Shown in pieces: positions 1 through 12,959 of a stretch of 23,541 nt of DNA. A program made the translations under genes and the position numbers. The DNA lies in the NCBI GenBank assembly GCA_024626585.2, contig JANKJI020000002.1, forward strand, positions 226,587,109 through 226,610,649, given 5' to 3'. Position 1 is the first letter of the stretch. Each line of letters opens with the position of its first letter. This stretch comes from Ginkgo biloba (taxonomy: Eukaryota; Plantae; Ginkgophyta). The notes below the pieces were generated by a model that had not been told where the DNA came from, ran no database searches, and worked only from the letters and a program-made list of their open reading frames with translations.

Positions 1-1672
1 TTTATTTGATTTACAATGATAAGATATTTATCAACTATAAGTATAATTTGATTTAATTCTTTTAATTATATTTACTTTTTAAACGACATAATTAGATAGT
101 AAAATCTATGATAAAACTTATACTGCTACTTATATAAAATATATTATTAATTAATTATTATTATAATTTATTCACAAACATATTTTTCTTTTAACATATA
201 TACCATTTATGAGGGGGGTGGTCACATATGTCTTTGATTTAAATACTTCCACCACATGGGAACATATCAAAAGTAGGGACTTAGTTGCCACCACGTGGCC
301 CTTGTTTGGGTTGGAATGAGTCAAAATTACATTCCATGAAAGTTAATATCAACTCAGAATTTATTTTTAATTTTAATTTCTATCTTTAAATTATTGGCGT
401 CATGTTACATATGTGTTGCACTCAAACATCATATTGTTCATGTTTAATTCTAATTTTTTTATAAAGATCATCGTTAATTGGCCATTACACATTAGCTAGA
501 GGTATGTTCTACCCTCATAAGAGTTATAATAGAATTCCATTAGATTTTTTCATGAGAAGAAAAATCTCACTCGAGCATTCAATCTAAGAGGAAAAAAATA
601 AGGTTTTCTCCGTAAAAGGCTATAATGGTATGTTTACATTCAAATTTTTTAGAATGTAAGCGTTCTCAAAAGTGAGCCTAATGATCAACCAAGTTAAATT
701 TCATGGAGCCATGTAATTTGTTACATGTGTAGTTTGAATTCAAAGTGCATAATTGTGTGTTCCTTGACTTTGTTTCGTTCTTATCCTTGCATGCCTTTTA
801 ACTTCGACCATTATCAACTAAGAATTTATTACAGGCACGGGTGTGTTAAATTATTTTAATATTTTATTTCAAAAGTACTTTTGGGAATATATCTTTCACT
901 ACTTATTATAACAATTAGTGTTATTATAGTTAATGATATCAAATCTCTAACAATGTATACAAAAGTGTATACTATTAAGTTATTTTGTGAAAAGAGAATA
1001 TTCTATACCTTTTCTTCTAAGAACATCTCTAGTTGGAACATTCAATGTCTAGTGCTATTTTAAGCCATTAGATAGTCCATTTTTTTAATTAAAATATGAA
1101 TTACTATTATTAGTGAAAGATCTCTAGTATCCTTATATTTTTACTTAAAGCTTTGACTTTAATGTTTATATGGAGGCTTACTACTTTGTACTTGTTTGTA
1201 AAGATGCATACTGGGAGAAAAAAAAGGTTTTTAATTAATATGACATATGATTTGATTTGAACACTAATATGAAATGATGGGTCTTTTCACGGAAAATCAA
1301 GTGCTTATGGAAGAAATCATTTGATCAAGGAAAATATGTTGGGGTTCTTAGTAGAACTAACAATGTAATTTTAATGAACATATAGGATTATATTTTATTA
1401 AGGGATTGTGACCAAAGGAAAACCATTAAATTTATTTTACTATATTAGTGTCTTTATCTTCCTAGCTCATATAACTCTTATTACTTTATTAGCTATGAGT
1501 CAATAAACTATATTTATTAATTAGATTTAGGATAATTCTAATCAATGAATGTGCAAAGGCATGCTACTATTANNNNNNNNNNNNNNNNNNNNNNNNNNNN
1601 NNNNNNNNNNNNNNNNNNNNNNNNNNNNNNNNNNNNNNNNNNNNNNNNNNNNNNNNNNNNNNNNNNNNNNNN

Positions 1673-4255
1673 TAAGAAATGCGTTATAATGTTGTGATAA
1701 ATCTTATCAAGTGGACCTCTCTCTCTTTATGCTATGTTATGGCTCTTATGATGATCTTCAAGATAGAAAATGTTATAATGGAAGTCCACTTTTCCCCCAG
1801 AGGGGGAGAAAGGATAAAGATGCTACAATGTCACAAGTAATGGAAGATCTGTTCTTTTACCTCTATGTAAAAGGGATGTTTATAGGATGTTAAAGACCAT
1901 TTGATGATAACCATAGAAAATTTATTGAATTCCATAATGTCATCTAAGTGGTGTGTAAGTGGTCACAATACACATGGTAATGCTTAGGAAGAATGAGAAA
2001 GGACCACAAGGTAAGAGTCACATATGGTTAAATGAGTAGATCAGGTATAAAAAAGGATGATAATAGAATTTCCCCCATAGACTAAGGTATGTAATGAATG
2101 GAAGGCTAAAAGTATTTGGAAAGGATACATTTTCACAAAGAAATCATTATAAATGGACAAACACTATGGAATGGTAGGGAAAAAATGAATTGTTATGAGA
2201 ATGGGTGAGTTCTCAATGATACCTATATTGGTAAAAATGCTACTATTGGTTGTGGAGAGCGAGAGAGAGAGAGAGTCCTTAGTATTTATTCTAACTTTAA
2301 AAGATGCAAAGATTTTACCATTTATTATGAAAAAGTGGCACGATATTGGACATGTCATAGACACATACATAAGTATGATGAAATAAACCATATGTGTATG
2401 GATAAGTCCCATCAACATGAGCATAATATGATATAAATAAATATGAAATAATGTAATAGATAAACATATATCAATATTAATTCTAATATCTCATTCAAAT
2501 GCATCATCTATACTAACTAGATATTTATGAGCTAAACTATTCCATGGGAGTGAGAGCATGGGTTGAGATCACTCGACACCTAAACTACTGGAAAGTTAAA
2601 ATTGTCACTATAAGGATGTAAATGAATGATCTAAAATTAAAAATATTGAATGAAGTATGATATTATTGAAGTATGCTTATAATGATATTTCCCTAAAAAT
2701 AAGTAATCCATACACTGTGAGGATAATATAAGTACCATCGCTTAGTGGATTTTACCTCTATAGCATATGCATTGTGAGCACTAATATAAATGAACGTATA
2801 AAATACCATTACTTNNNNNNNNNNNNNNNNNNNNNNNNNNNNNNNNNNNNNNNNNNNNNNNNNNNNNNNNNNNNNNNNNNNNNNNNNNNNNNNNNNNNNN
2901 NNNNNNNNNNNNNNGATAGGCTATAAATATTTGGAAAAAATATAAAGAGTATGGATAAGTCCCATCCTAATGAGCATAATATGATATAAAAATAGAATAA
3001 TGTAACAGATAAAATATATACCAATATCAACTAAAATGTCTAATTGAAATGCATTATCTATGCTAACTACTTATCTATGAAATAAAATGTGCCATGGAAG
3101 TGAGATCATGGCTTAATATCAATCAACATCTAAACTATTAGAAAGTAAAAAAATATTATTATGATGAAAATTAGTGATCCACTCCTATAATATTAGATAA
3201 AGCATAATCTTATTGACATACACCTTCAATGATATTATTCCATAAAAAAATATACCATGGAGTGCAAGGTCAGTATAAGTACCATCAATGAGTGGATATA
3301 ACCATAATAACATATGATCTATAAGAATGAATAAATAAAAGGGTAAAGTACCTTCACTTGAAATTACAAGTCAATAATCAAATATTAAAAATGAGTGTAT
3401 ATATATTATAAATTAAGTAGATATGTATGATTCCCCCATGTCCAAAACCTAATAGAAAAATAACTACATAATGGAGTTGAAAATCTAGGAAAGAATAAGT
3501 TATGCTGAAGAAGAATGATAAATGGCAAGATCTAGACTAAGCACCTCTATAAAAGTTGAGCATAATGCAATTATTATGTTATGAAACAAATCACACTAGG
3601 CACCAAAATTACTCTTAAGAAACCTACGGTGTTGTAGAAAAAGCTATGGTATTCAAGAAGATACATAGTGTCACATGCATAAAAGGTACAACATGCAGGA
3701 AAAAGGTTTAGTACAATAGGATTAATCCATGATGTGTCAAGAAAAACTTGTGCCATTTTTAAGAAAACCCGTAGTGTAGTATGTCTAGGCAACAATTAAT
3801 GAACCCACTCAGTGAAAACCTACAATGAATGCTGCATGGACTAATGTTGCAAATAAAATATCATGATGACCTATGATGTCTATTAAAAATATACACATAA
3901 ATAAACTATATAAATATTTGGGGAGTATATGAGATATATCCCCTACAAGGTTGTCATTTATGTTATAGAAAAATACCACACCTTGTAACTGGAAATAAGA
4001 ATATTATCATTTTTTTAACATAGAAAAGGACATGGGGGTTCTTTAGGCACAAAGATTCCTTAAAGAAAAATACATCTGTAAAGAAATCAAGAATACAACA
4101 TAGCATAAGATAAGAGATAACACTGTAAGAGATACAATAAAATGTGATGAAAAGTCTCATCAAGTGGAATGATACTATGGACTGGATGTAAGAATACTCT
4201 CTCTCCTTATGCTAACCCATGGCCCTCATAATGATCTTTAAGATAGAAAATGATG
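1673..4255. repeat. Diverged long-period (~1.9 kb) tandem or circularly permuted repeat
   Basis: ~2395-2813 aligns with ~2949-3360 (both start gtatggataagtcccatc..atgagcataatatgatataaa). ~4126-4255 aligns with 1673-1775 (tct.atcaagtgga...ctctctc.ttatgcta...atggc.ct.at.atgatctt.aagatagaaaatg). Identity looks like roughly 75-80% by eye. Confidence 0.75.
2261..2275 (+). repeat. (GA)7 microsatellite
   Basis: gagagagagagagag read directly. Confidence 0.9.
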
Positions 4256-4369
4256 NNNNNNNNNNNNNNNNNNNNNNNNNNNNNNNNNNNNNNNNNNNNN
4301 NNNNNNNNNNNNNNNNNNNNNNNNNNNNNNNNNNNNNNNNNNNNNNNNNNNNNNNTTACATTAAAGGGT

Positions 4370-4990
4370 TAGGACATAAGGGTCCTAATAAAGAGGGAGT
4401 TTCTTTGGTTACTATAGTCCCAAACTATACTAATTTGTCTCTCCCATCAGCGTATTTCTTCTTGTCATAAATCATTTGGTATCATTTCCCTCTTATTTTA
4501 ATTCTTTATTGGTTTACTCCTCCCATCCTTATACCTTCATAAAGGGTTATTAATCATTATTAATTATAATTATTCTTATCAAGCATTAGAAAGCAATCTT
4601 GAATCAACCTTGCCCATATTATTAATTAAGTAGTGGTCATGATGGAAATATTTCTATTTATAAAAATCTCTATATCAAGGGTATCTCTCTCATGCATTAT
4701 TGAATGGAAATAATTTGGAACTATCCATAGTTGCGTGTAACACTTCATTTTATTTTGAGCAAAATATTTTTTACTCGTGTTTTCTTTTAGCTCCTACAAA
4801 GTTGAGATATTCTCCCACATTCTCTCATTTATTTTATTTTGAACACCATTCCAACATTCTCTATCATTCTCTTTAAAAGACATAAATACAAATTTTACTT
4901 TATTTTCTACATAAATATTAAAAGTATCAGATAATAACTTGACACACCTTACCTAATCCTATAAATATGTTCAAAGTGTTGATTGATCAA
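4370..4990 (-). pseudogene. Possible highly decayed Ty3/gypsy integrase core/C-terminal remnant
   Basis: Faint ordered motifs FEHIYR..GV..LLSD, GEYLNFV, NYFHS, KKKYADGRDKLV*F and LLGP; several frameshifts are needed to read them. Confidence 0.25.
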
Positions 4991-6179
4991 AGTTTGGGAC
5001 TACATGTTCTAAAATTTCTTGATGTTTTATAGAAATTTCTATTTCCTCCTAGACCTCCTCCTTCTTGCTCATATAGTTTCATATTATTATTTTATTATTT
5101 CCTCCTAGGTTTGATTTCCTTATTTAATTGATAATTCTTTAATGGTTTCTAGAATTACTATTTATTTCCTCCTTCTCCAATTGGTTCCAATATGGTTGAC
5201 GAGAGACTATGTATCTTCCTTTAATTTCCTCATTTATTCTTTCATTACTTATAAATTTTTTAAAATTTTGGAATATATGTATTAAAATATAATTAATTAC
5301 TTCCCCTAAGATTTAATATTAGATGTAAAAGTAAAATCATCATTTCAATGCTAACTGGGTTAGTTTATCCTTCTTAAGATATAAAAGTAATAAAATAAAT
5401 AAATCTTATGCTAACCATTAGAGTGAACAGTAATAAAATATTTCATTCATATATCATCAAGTATAGTTATGACTAATCATAATATTAATTATATTGAACA
5501 ATAATATATAATAGGAACTAAGATTAGACTACAAGGACTAGAGGATAAGTTATTAGGTAATATGTATGCTACCATTATTAGACATGACATACCCTAGAGG
5601 AATTAACTATATCTACCAATGTAAGAATTTATTTANNNNNNNNNNNNNNNNNNNNNNNNNNNNNNNNNNNNNNNNNNNNNNNNNNNNNNNNNNNNNNNNN
5701 NNNNNNNNNNNNNNNNNNNNNNNNNNNNNNNNNNNTTTAAAAATGTGATTGGACTTCATTCCTAAGAAAATTTTAATTATTATATATTTATATTTCCTTT
5801 TTCTAAGTGTTCATTATTTTTCCTAAAATAGATAACTATAGTAGGAAGTTACATACCTTCTCTCTTATAGTACATACATACAAATCAATTAATTATTAAA
5901 AATTATAATCACCCCCACTTTAATGTTATTATCTATAACATATGGATATGAAGGAAGATTTATTTTCATAAAAGATATATATCTATAATACACTATAAAG
6001 TGCATGGCATCTTGTGTTAGTGCATTTTAATATACATATTAACTATCCAAACCCATAATATATTAGATTTTGAATGATATTATACTGACATTAATTGTAG
6101 GCCCTATTTATTAAGAGGTAATTATTTGTTTGAACATATAAATAAATTTTGGAACCTATGTCAACTAAATACGGATACA

Positions 6180-7799
6180 TAGAGAAAGGCGTATCATTGT
6201 TGAAGGAGGACCACCCAGATAGGGGGATCCAAGGTTCAAAATCCCAAAAATTATATATTAGGGCTGTAGATCCATTGTTAGGTGGGAGATCTTAGAAATT
6301 TCTCATTGTAAATCTCCCAAAAATGGACTCGAATTCAACTATTATCAAGAAGAGGGAAGGAAGATCTCACATTCGAATCAATGAGAGATTCTCCTTGTTG
6401 GAGAAGGAGAGATTAAAAGAATTTGGATTGATCGGGAGATTCAATGGTCTCTGGCCCTCGCCATCTAGCCTGGAGTCGTGGATGAACTCTGCATGGGGGA
6501 AATTAGTTCCAAGCCAGTTTGACTTCTTCCTGGTGGGGAAAGGTTTTTTTGTAATCACCTTTGGTTCAGTAGAAGAGAAGCTAAGAATCCTGGAGATAGG
6601 ACCCTGGTTCATGAGCGGTAAGGGATTGAGCTTGTATCTTTAGTATCCGGAGTTTGATCCTCAGAAAGACATTCCTACAAAAATTCTAGTATGGGTAACA
6701 CTTCCTTTCCTTCCATTACATCTATGGAATCTCCATACCTTCGAGCTAATAGGAAATTGTATAGGAGAATTTGTAACCTTCTCAAATCAAAGAAACAGGG
6801 ACATGATTGCTACATATGCTAAAATTTGTGTCAATATTAATAGTAGAGAGGGTCTCCTAGAAGATATGGAGGTGCTTATAGGAGAGCATAAATGGATTCA
6901 ACAGCTAGACTATAAAGGAATTCCATTAAGATGCATTCGATGTAGGAAATATAAACATCTAGTTAAATGGTGTCCTATGTTGAATCCAAATGATGCTCCA
7001 GATCATTCAAAGCATGATTTGGATTGCATGCAGATCAATGAGAAGTTTTAGGTAGAGAAGATTCCAGTTCAGGCTTTTGAATCCTCCTTAGAAAATTTGG
7101 CGAAATCCAAACTTGATGGCAAGGCGAAGCTAATCTCAGATCCAATGGATACAGAGTCAGAAAGTTGGGAAGAAGTTCAAAGAAGGAAAACATCATCCAG
7201 ATCTGGTAAGAAACTGCATATTCTCTCAACGGACTTACCTTCTTCGAATTCCTTTACCTTACTAGCTGATCAGGATTGCTCAACTTTCGCTCATCCAAAG
7301 GATCCCTTTCAAGCCTAGCAAGGCCCACCTTCCTCAGATTTGGACATGATCAAGGTACCATCTCCCTTAGTTATTAACTCAGGAGATTCTTTGGAGAAGA
7401 GGTGTAGTCCTTCTAACCTAACTCCTCTAGTTTTTAGCTCACCTAAGCAATAGCCATAGATTTGCAATTAGCAGCTCCTAATTTGAAGATAAGTGTTTAA
7501 TCACTCATTGATCTGCCAAAAGATGAAGCTTCCATTCCCTCTCCAGATTAGGCTCAAGTTGCTCAGGTAATGGAGGAAGAATATGCCCTAAATTTGATGG
7601 GATCTTTAACGCCAGACACCATAGTGAAATTGTTGCCTTCGGCTTCAGATGCAAATCAAAGAGGTAACTTTATGACCTCCATTTTCTATAAGGTCATCTC
7701 TTTTCATGGTATGTCTAATGGACAAGAGAAACTTGATTTCCCAATGTTTGGTTGCACAAAGATAGTCCCTGGTCAACTAATGCTGATACTAGAAACCTC
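6180..7799 (+). mobile_element. 5' part of an L1-type non-LTR retrotransposon (5' UTR + ORF1), running into an N gap
   Basis: GC and CpG content rise sharply at ~6180 and stay high to the gap at 7800; the block contains the ORF1 pseudogene. The left boundary is approximate. Confidence 0.75.
6323..7455 (+). pseudogene. Plant L1-clade LINE ORF1 (DUF4283/RRM-like domain + CCHC zinc knuckle), interrupted by in-frame stops
   Basis: Track ORFs 6323, 6803 and 7097 share one frame, broken by single TAG stops (6641, 7049, 7316). Read-through gives LIGRFNGLWPS...W...GKGFFVITF...ILEIGPWFMSGKGLSLYL*YPEFDP...VWVTLPFLPLHLWN...IGNCIG...YAKICVNIN...QQLDYKGIPLRCIRCRKYKHLVKWCP. The CX2CX4HX4C knuckle is at 6932-6973, followed by a Ser/Lys-rich tail (WEEVQRRK). 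Confidence 0.92.
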
Positions 7800-7899
7800 N
7801 NNNNNNNNNNNNNNNNNNNNNNNNNNNNNNNNNNNNNNNNNNNNNNNNNNNNNNNNNNNNNNNNNNNNNNNNNNNNNNNNNNNNNNNNNNNNNNNNNNN

Positions 7900-8343
7900 A
7901 AAGTTATACTTAACCCAACCAATAGGAGGGGGATTCCAGTAAACTTCATAGCGCTTCAACATCCTAGCCCAATCGGCTAAAGGAAGCCTTCAAGATTTTA
8001 AATCGAAGCTAGATAGTAGATTCAAAGGTAAATAAGTCATGAAACTATTCTAATTCTCCAGAAGAATACTTTTGATGGCTGAGCTAATAAATATAGCATC
8101 CTTTTTCACCTCCTTAAAAATTTTGTTATTCCATTCCTTCCATATCTACCAGGCATAATGGGGAAAGCACAGTTTCTAGAAGATTGAGGGATTTTTAAAT
8201 TCAAAGGGGGGTTCCCACTGTAAAAGTACTTCCAAAAAACTTTCAGGTAGAACCCAGGCCACCTCAAAAGAAGATAATAAAGAAGAGAAAACTTCCCTGG
8301 AGAAAATATAATTTACAAAGATGTAGTGAATAGTCTCCATATC
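7900..8343 (-). pseudogene. Plant L1 LINE ORF2 C-terminal fragment (zf-RVT tail through the start of RNase H)
   Basis: Minus-strand translation: METIHYIFVNYIFSREVFS...WVLPES...W...YAW*IWKEWNNKIFKE...WNPPPIGWVKYNF (the last motif at 7900-7938). This matches the plant L1 motifs ETxxHLFxxC, WxIWKERNxRIF and WxPPxxGWxKxNxDG. Confidence 0.9.
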
Positions 8344-8399
8344 AGGTGGCTCATTTTATTGATTATGGTAAAATAATTATATAAAGGGTGCTAGGAGGC

Positions 8400-8700
8400 A
8401 TAATTATTACATAATTGGTCCTATTCTACCCAAAATGATATTTCAAGAGTCACAAGTAATCTCTTATTATATAAATTGATATATAGACCCATAATTTATA
8501 TTAAAATTATCATCTTATAGAGTTTATGGATTAAACCTTAGATTCTTTATATGTATGTCTAAATTAGTGAGATATTTTAGAATATTCAGTTTTACAACCT
8601 CTAAATGATCTAAGGAAAAAGGTATTATGACAAACTAAAAAACTCATAGTCTAATAAGAGAAGGTCGTGAAATACTATGAATTTCCATTCAAAATTTAAT
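8400..8700 (-). pseudogene. Possible Ty1/copia RT C-terminal remnant
   Basis: SRPS..VFSLS*Y..P..HLEVVKLNILKYL...ILGRIGPI resembles TRPD..V..LSQY..P...HLEAVKRILKYL...LGSGPISW. Confidence 0.3.
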
Positions 8701-9299
8701 TTCATAATTTGAAGTGTTTTTTTCTTAGTTTGAGCCATTTCTCGAGCATTCCATATGATTATGTCAACATCCAATAGTTGTGGTAATTATCATTTAATAA
8801 TAGGAGTAATTACTTCAAGTCAACCNNNNNNNNNNTTTTTTGACACTTCCACTTAGCTCTTATTCGACTATTATTTAATTATTATTCCTCCAACATCATA
8901 CGAATTTCTTATAAATTCTTCATTAAAACATTAAATTTAGAAAAAAAATCTATGAAATAATATTAGAAATTGTTGATTTTAGGGCAACTTCAAAAAAACT
9001 TTTTGGAGTATTATAAGATTGCAATTAGAAATTTTTTTTTCCTTTGNNNNNNNNNNNNNNNNNNNNNNNNNNNNNNNNNNNNNNNNNNNNNNNNNNNNNN
9101 NNNNNNNNNNNNNNNNNNNNNNNNNNNNNNNNNNNNNNNNNNNNNNCTTCATAAGTATGAAATTAATTCTTAAAATAATACTCATCATAGTATTTAGTAT
9201 AAGACTTTTCATTTTCTTTTCCTATTATCCTACGAGTTTTTTCATTGAATCTTATAATTATTTAATATTTTTTTATATTTCATTTGTTCTCTCCAATGC

Positions 9300-10260
9300 A
9301 TCCATTATCGATTACTTAATTTTAACTTATACTTGTATAAGATTATGTAATTATTATCTATATATGTATTTGGATATCCTTGTTTAAGTTGATTTGTGGT
9401 GGTCTTAGTTAGACCATCCATAAACTAAGCAATCTTTTATTATCCTATAATATAATGAGTTAATTCACTAATCAATATATTAAATTATGAATCCTATCCC
9501 CTTTTGGATTTATATATTTAATACTAAGTATTGCAGAGATCATTAAAATATATATTCAATTAGTCATGATCTCCATATTCATATTGTTATGAAGCTTATT
9601 CTACTCCCTAATTTTAACCAATTTTTAATTGCATTTAACTTCTAGTATTAGTCTTAAGCTAATTTCCTAAATGTTGTAATAAATTATCTCTATTTTAAAA
9701 TTTTACTTACTAAGGATTCCATTTTTGGAAATAAATTCATACATATATGGATAGATTTATCCATATAAATAACCATAAAAAATAAATAGTGTCAATGCTA
9801 CTTTGATGTTATTAGTTAAATACCCCAAGGATTGCCCTATTTGGATTAACCCACATGATGGAACTATTTTTTTTCTCAGTATTCTTGTATCTAATATCCA
9901 TATTACTATGTCTTATTTTATAGTTTTTAACATAATTCTAACCTTTAATCAATCCTTTTTATCCTTTTCACTTATCTCAAGATATAATTATCTATTTTCT
10001 ACTAGTACCATTAAATCTCAAATATTTCTTAATAATCAACATATCCCAATACAATATAAATATTATAGAAAAATAGAAAGAATATAATAACTCTATATAG
10101 ATTTGAATAATTAAATGTATTATATATTATATTATGAATATTTTGATGGTATATACAATACACCATTATAGATTATTTTCAAAAATAAATTATAATTTTA
10201 TAACTTCTTCCTTGAATTAATATTAAGATTCAACCAATCCTTACTAATTATATTTATAGT
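9300..10260 (-). pseudogene. Very degenerate Ty1/copia RT remnant
   Basis: Correctly ordered faint motifs: GLVES*Y*FKEE (like RLVAKGYSQKEG), FNG (FLNG), LC*KL*NKT**YG (VCKLKKSLYG), MVIYMDK (YMDK at 9756-9767, like LYVDD), then an RP-like motif near 9410. Confidence 0.35.
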
Positions 10261-10689
10261 ATCTTTTATTCAATACTTTCATAAGGATTTAATGAATATT
10301 TATAATCTTCATGAAATCCTTATCATCTATAAATCTATAAACTAACTAGAGTGTAATCATATATGTGTTTAGAAATATCTTATAAAATCTACCCATATTA
10401 TGCTAAAAAATGGTTCTTTATCTTAATCTTTTACTTGTACATCATCTTTATGAAATTATTCACGTTATATTGAAATATTTTAGTAACCATTTGAATTTGG
10501 GGAATTTATTTTATNNNNNNNNNNNNNNNNNNNNNNNNNNNNNNNNNNNNNNNNNNNNNNNNNNNNNNNNNNNNNNNNNNNNNNNNNNNNNNNNNNNNNN
10601 NNNNNNNNNNNNNNTAAATTAGAATGAACAAGTAGGATCAACATGAAAGTAAGATAAACGATTAAGGAAATATATTTAGAGAAGGAATC

Positions 10690-11560
10690 CGTTTTTAAGA
10701 AAGGAATAATGAAATATTGATTGTTCTAATATATATTTATTATACTATCTATAGGATGACAAGGATGGTATAAGAGGTGTTGGAATGAAATATGAAATTA
10801 GGTGTGGTGGGGGTATAGATTATACACTTCCTTACTATGTAGTTTACATCAATATTCCTCTACAAAAAAACTATGGCCAATGAAACCTTTCTTTGGAATG
10901 TAAAAATCAAAAGTTATGTAGCTATCAATTATAGCACCGAAGGAAGTTGTAAGATAAAGGGAATGGAAAGAGTGAAAACTAAAAGGAGGTCTAATGATGA
11001 AATGTACTCTAATTCTAATAGCCACTTTTATATCATTAAGGCCTCCCTTATAACATGTATGAGTTGGTGAATGAGATTGATTAATTATGATACTTTTATG
11101 AAAGGCCCTATTTCATAAGATTTATGTACTTTTATGAGGACTCTATCATTTAAGAGAACACCTACCATAGGTGAATCTTCCACAATAAGATTTATCATTT
11201 GAAATTAATTCATCTTTGGCTAACCTTCTAATATCAAAATAGCACAAGTTAGAAAATTATGAAATGAAACTCTAGTAGTCTTGATACAGAGTATCCAAGA
11301 AGGGAGATAATGAAAAGATGGAGACTAAAAATGTATAGACTCATATAGGGACTAGGCAACACTAAATAGTGTACAAACTTATTAGAAATAAATTACATGA
11401 GGCTTAAGAAGAATTCATCACTATAATTGATCATTGATAACTATATCTAGCCATTGGCCTAGGGAAATGTCCAGATCCTTCGACAAATAAGTACATATAC
11501 TTCCTTTATTGTAAAACCTTGTCCCTCAATAGAGAAAATTCTAATGCGACTTACAAAATG
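10690..11560 (+). pseudogene. Very degenerate Ty1/copia RT-RNase H remnant
   Basis: NNEILIVLIYIYYTIY (YIYY at 10732-10743, like LIVxLYVDDIIF). About 700 bp downstream lies DN...AIGLGKCPDPSTNKYI (11436-11497, like DNxSAIxLxKNPxxHxRTKHI). The spacing is compatible with copia pol. Confidence 0.4.
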
Positions 11561-12510
11561 TTACTTATTTTAATTTTTAACAACTTTTCTTAATAAATTG
11601 TACATTCATTTACATAATTNNNNNNNNNNNNNNNNNNNNNNNNNNNNNNNNNNNNNNNNNNNNNNNNNNNNNNNNNNNNNNNNNNNNNNNNNNNNNNNNN
11701 NNNNNNNNNNNNNNNNNNNNNNNNNNNNNNNNNNNNNNNNNNNNNNNNNNNNNNNNNNNNNNNNNNNNNNNNNNNNNNNNNNNNNNNNNNNNNNNNNNNN
11801 NNNNNNNNNNNNNNNNNNNNNNNNNNNNNNNNNNNNNNNNNNNNNNNNNNNNNNNNNNNNNNNNNNNNNNNNNNNNNNNNNNNNNNNNNNNNNNNNNNNN
11901 NNNNNNNNNNNNNNNNNNNNNNNNNNNNNNNNNNNNNNNNNNNNNNNNNNNNNNNNNNNNNNNNNNNNNNNNNNNNNNNNNNNNNNNNNNNNNNNNNNNN
12001 NNNNNNNNNNNNNNNNNNNNNNNNNNNNNNNNNNNNNNNNNNNNNNNNNNNNNNNNNNNNNNNNNNNNNNNNNNNNNNNNNNNNNNNNNNNNNNNNNNNN
12101 NNNNNNNNNNNNNNNNNNNNNNNNNNNNNNNNNNNNNNNNNNNNNNNNNNNNNNNNNNNNNNNNNNNNNNNNNNNNNNNNNNNNNNNNNNNNNNNNNNNN
12201 NNNNNNNNNNNNNNNNNNNNNNNNNNNNNNNNNNNNNNNNNNNNNNNNNNNNNNNNNNNNNNNNNNNNNNNNNNNNNNNNNNNNNNNNNNNNNNNNNNNN
12301 NNNNNNNNNNNNNNNNNNNNNNNNNNNNNNNNNNNNNNNNNNNNNNNNNNNNNNNNNNNNNNNNNNNNNNNNNNNNNNNNNNNNNNNNNNNNNNNNNNNN
12401 NNNNNNNNNNNNNNNNNNNNNNNNNNNNNNNNNNNNNNNNNNNNNNNNNNNNNNNNNNNNNNNNNNNNNNNNNNNNNNNNNNNNNNNNNNNNNNNNNNNN
12501 NNNNNNNNNN

Positions 12511-12880
12511 NATATTCTATTCAGAGAACTTAATAACCTCATGTTAATAATATTTCTTCAAGGTAACTACTTTATACCATTTGATGAAGTGTTATGTCAC
12601 TATCAAGATATACATATGCCCCTTATTGGATGGTGGGTTAATTAGGCTTATGAAATCTAGACCCCACTAGGTGAAAGGTTCCTCCACAGATATTGGTTGG
12701 AGTGGTATGGATGCACCTAAGAAATAGGCCATGATAACTTCTATAGAATAATATTTTATCAATCAAGACATATTTAATACCTTGCAACTTTAAATACTTT
12801 ATTTATCTCTTAGTTAACCCGTTAGGACATGTGTCATTTTGCAAATAGTGCATGATATTTCAATACCTTAGGTCCATAAT
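12511..12880 (-). pseudogene. Integrase N-terminal region and start of the rve core (HHCC zinc finger deleted)
   Basis: IMHYLQNDTCPNGLTKR...KYVLIDKILFYRSYHGLFLRC joins directly to PLQPISVEEPFT*WGLDFISLINPPSNKGHMYILIVT*HFIKWYKVVTLKK...VIKFSE*NI. Sequence continues into the N gap ending at 12510. Confidence 0.9.
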
Positions 12881-12959
12881 AGCAACAAAAACATTTTAAT
12901 CAACTTTGGTTATTTGATTAATCTCTTCCTTGGCTTCTACTCCCTTGAATATCTTAATG

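Noticed and set aside
6367-7229. Minus-strand ORFs 6367-6612 and 7035-7229
   Set aside because: Antisense shadows of LINE ORF1.
7570-7980. 136-aa + strand ORF
   Set aside because: It spans a gap. The right part is antisense to the LINE RNase H motif and the left part is probably a frameshifted ORF1 tail, so it is not an independent gene.
881-10622. Short hydrophobic I/F/L/Y-rich ORFs (881, 2164, 3574, 3963, 9019, 9803, 10410)
   Set aside because: Expected by chance in very AT-rich DNA; they have no motifs or splice context.
11598-12542. 310-311 aa ORFs on both strands, and other X-rich ORFs in the track
   Set aside because: They are almost entirely N-gap translation and are artefacts.
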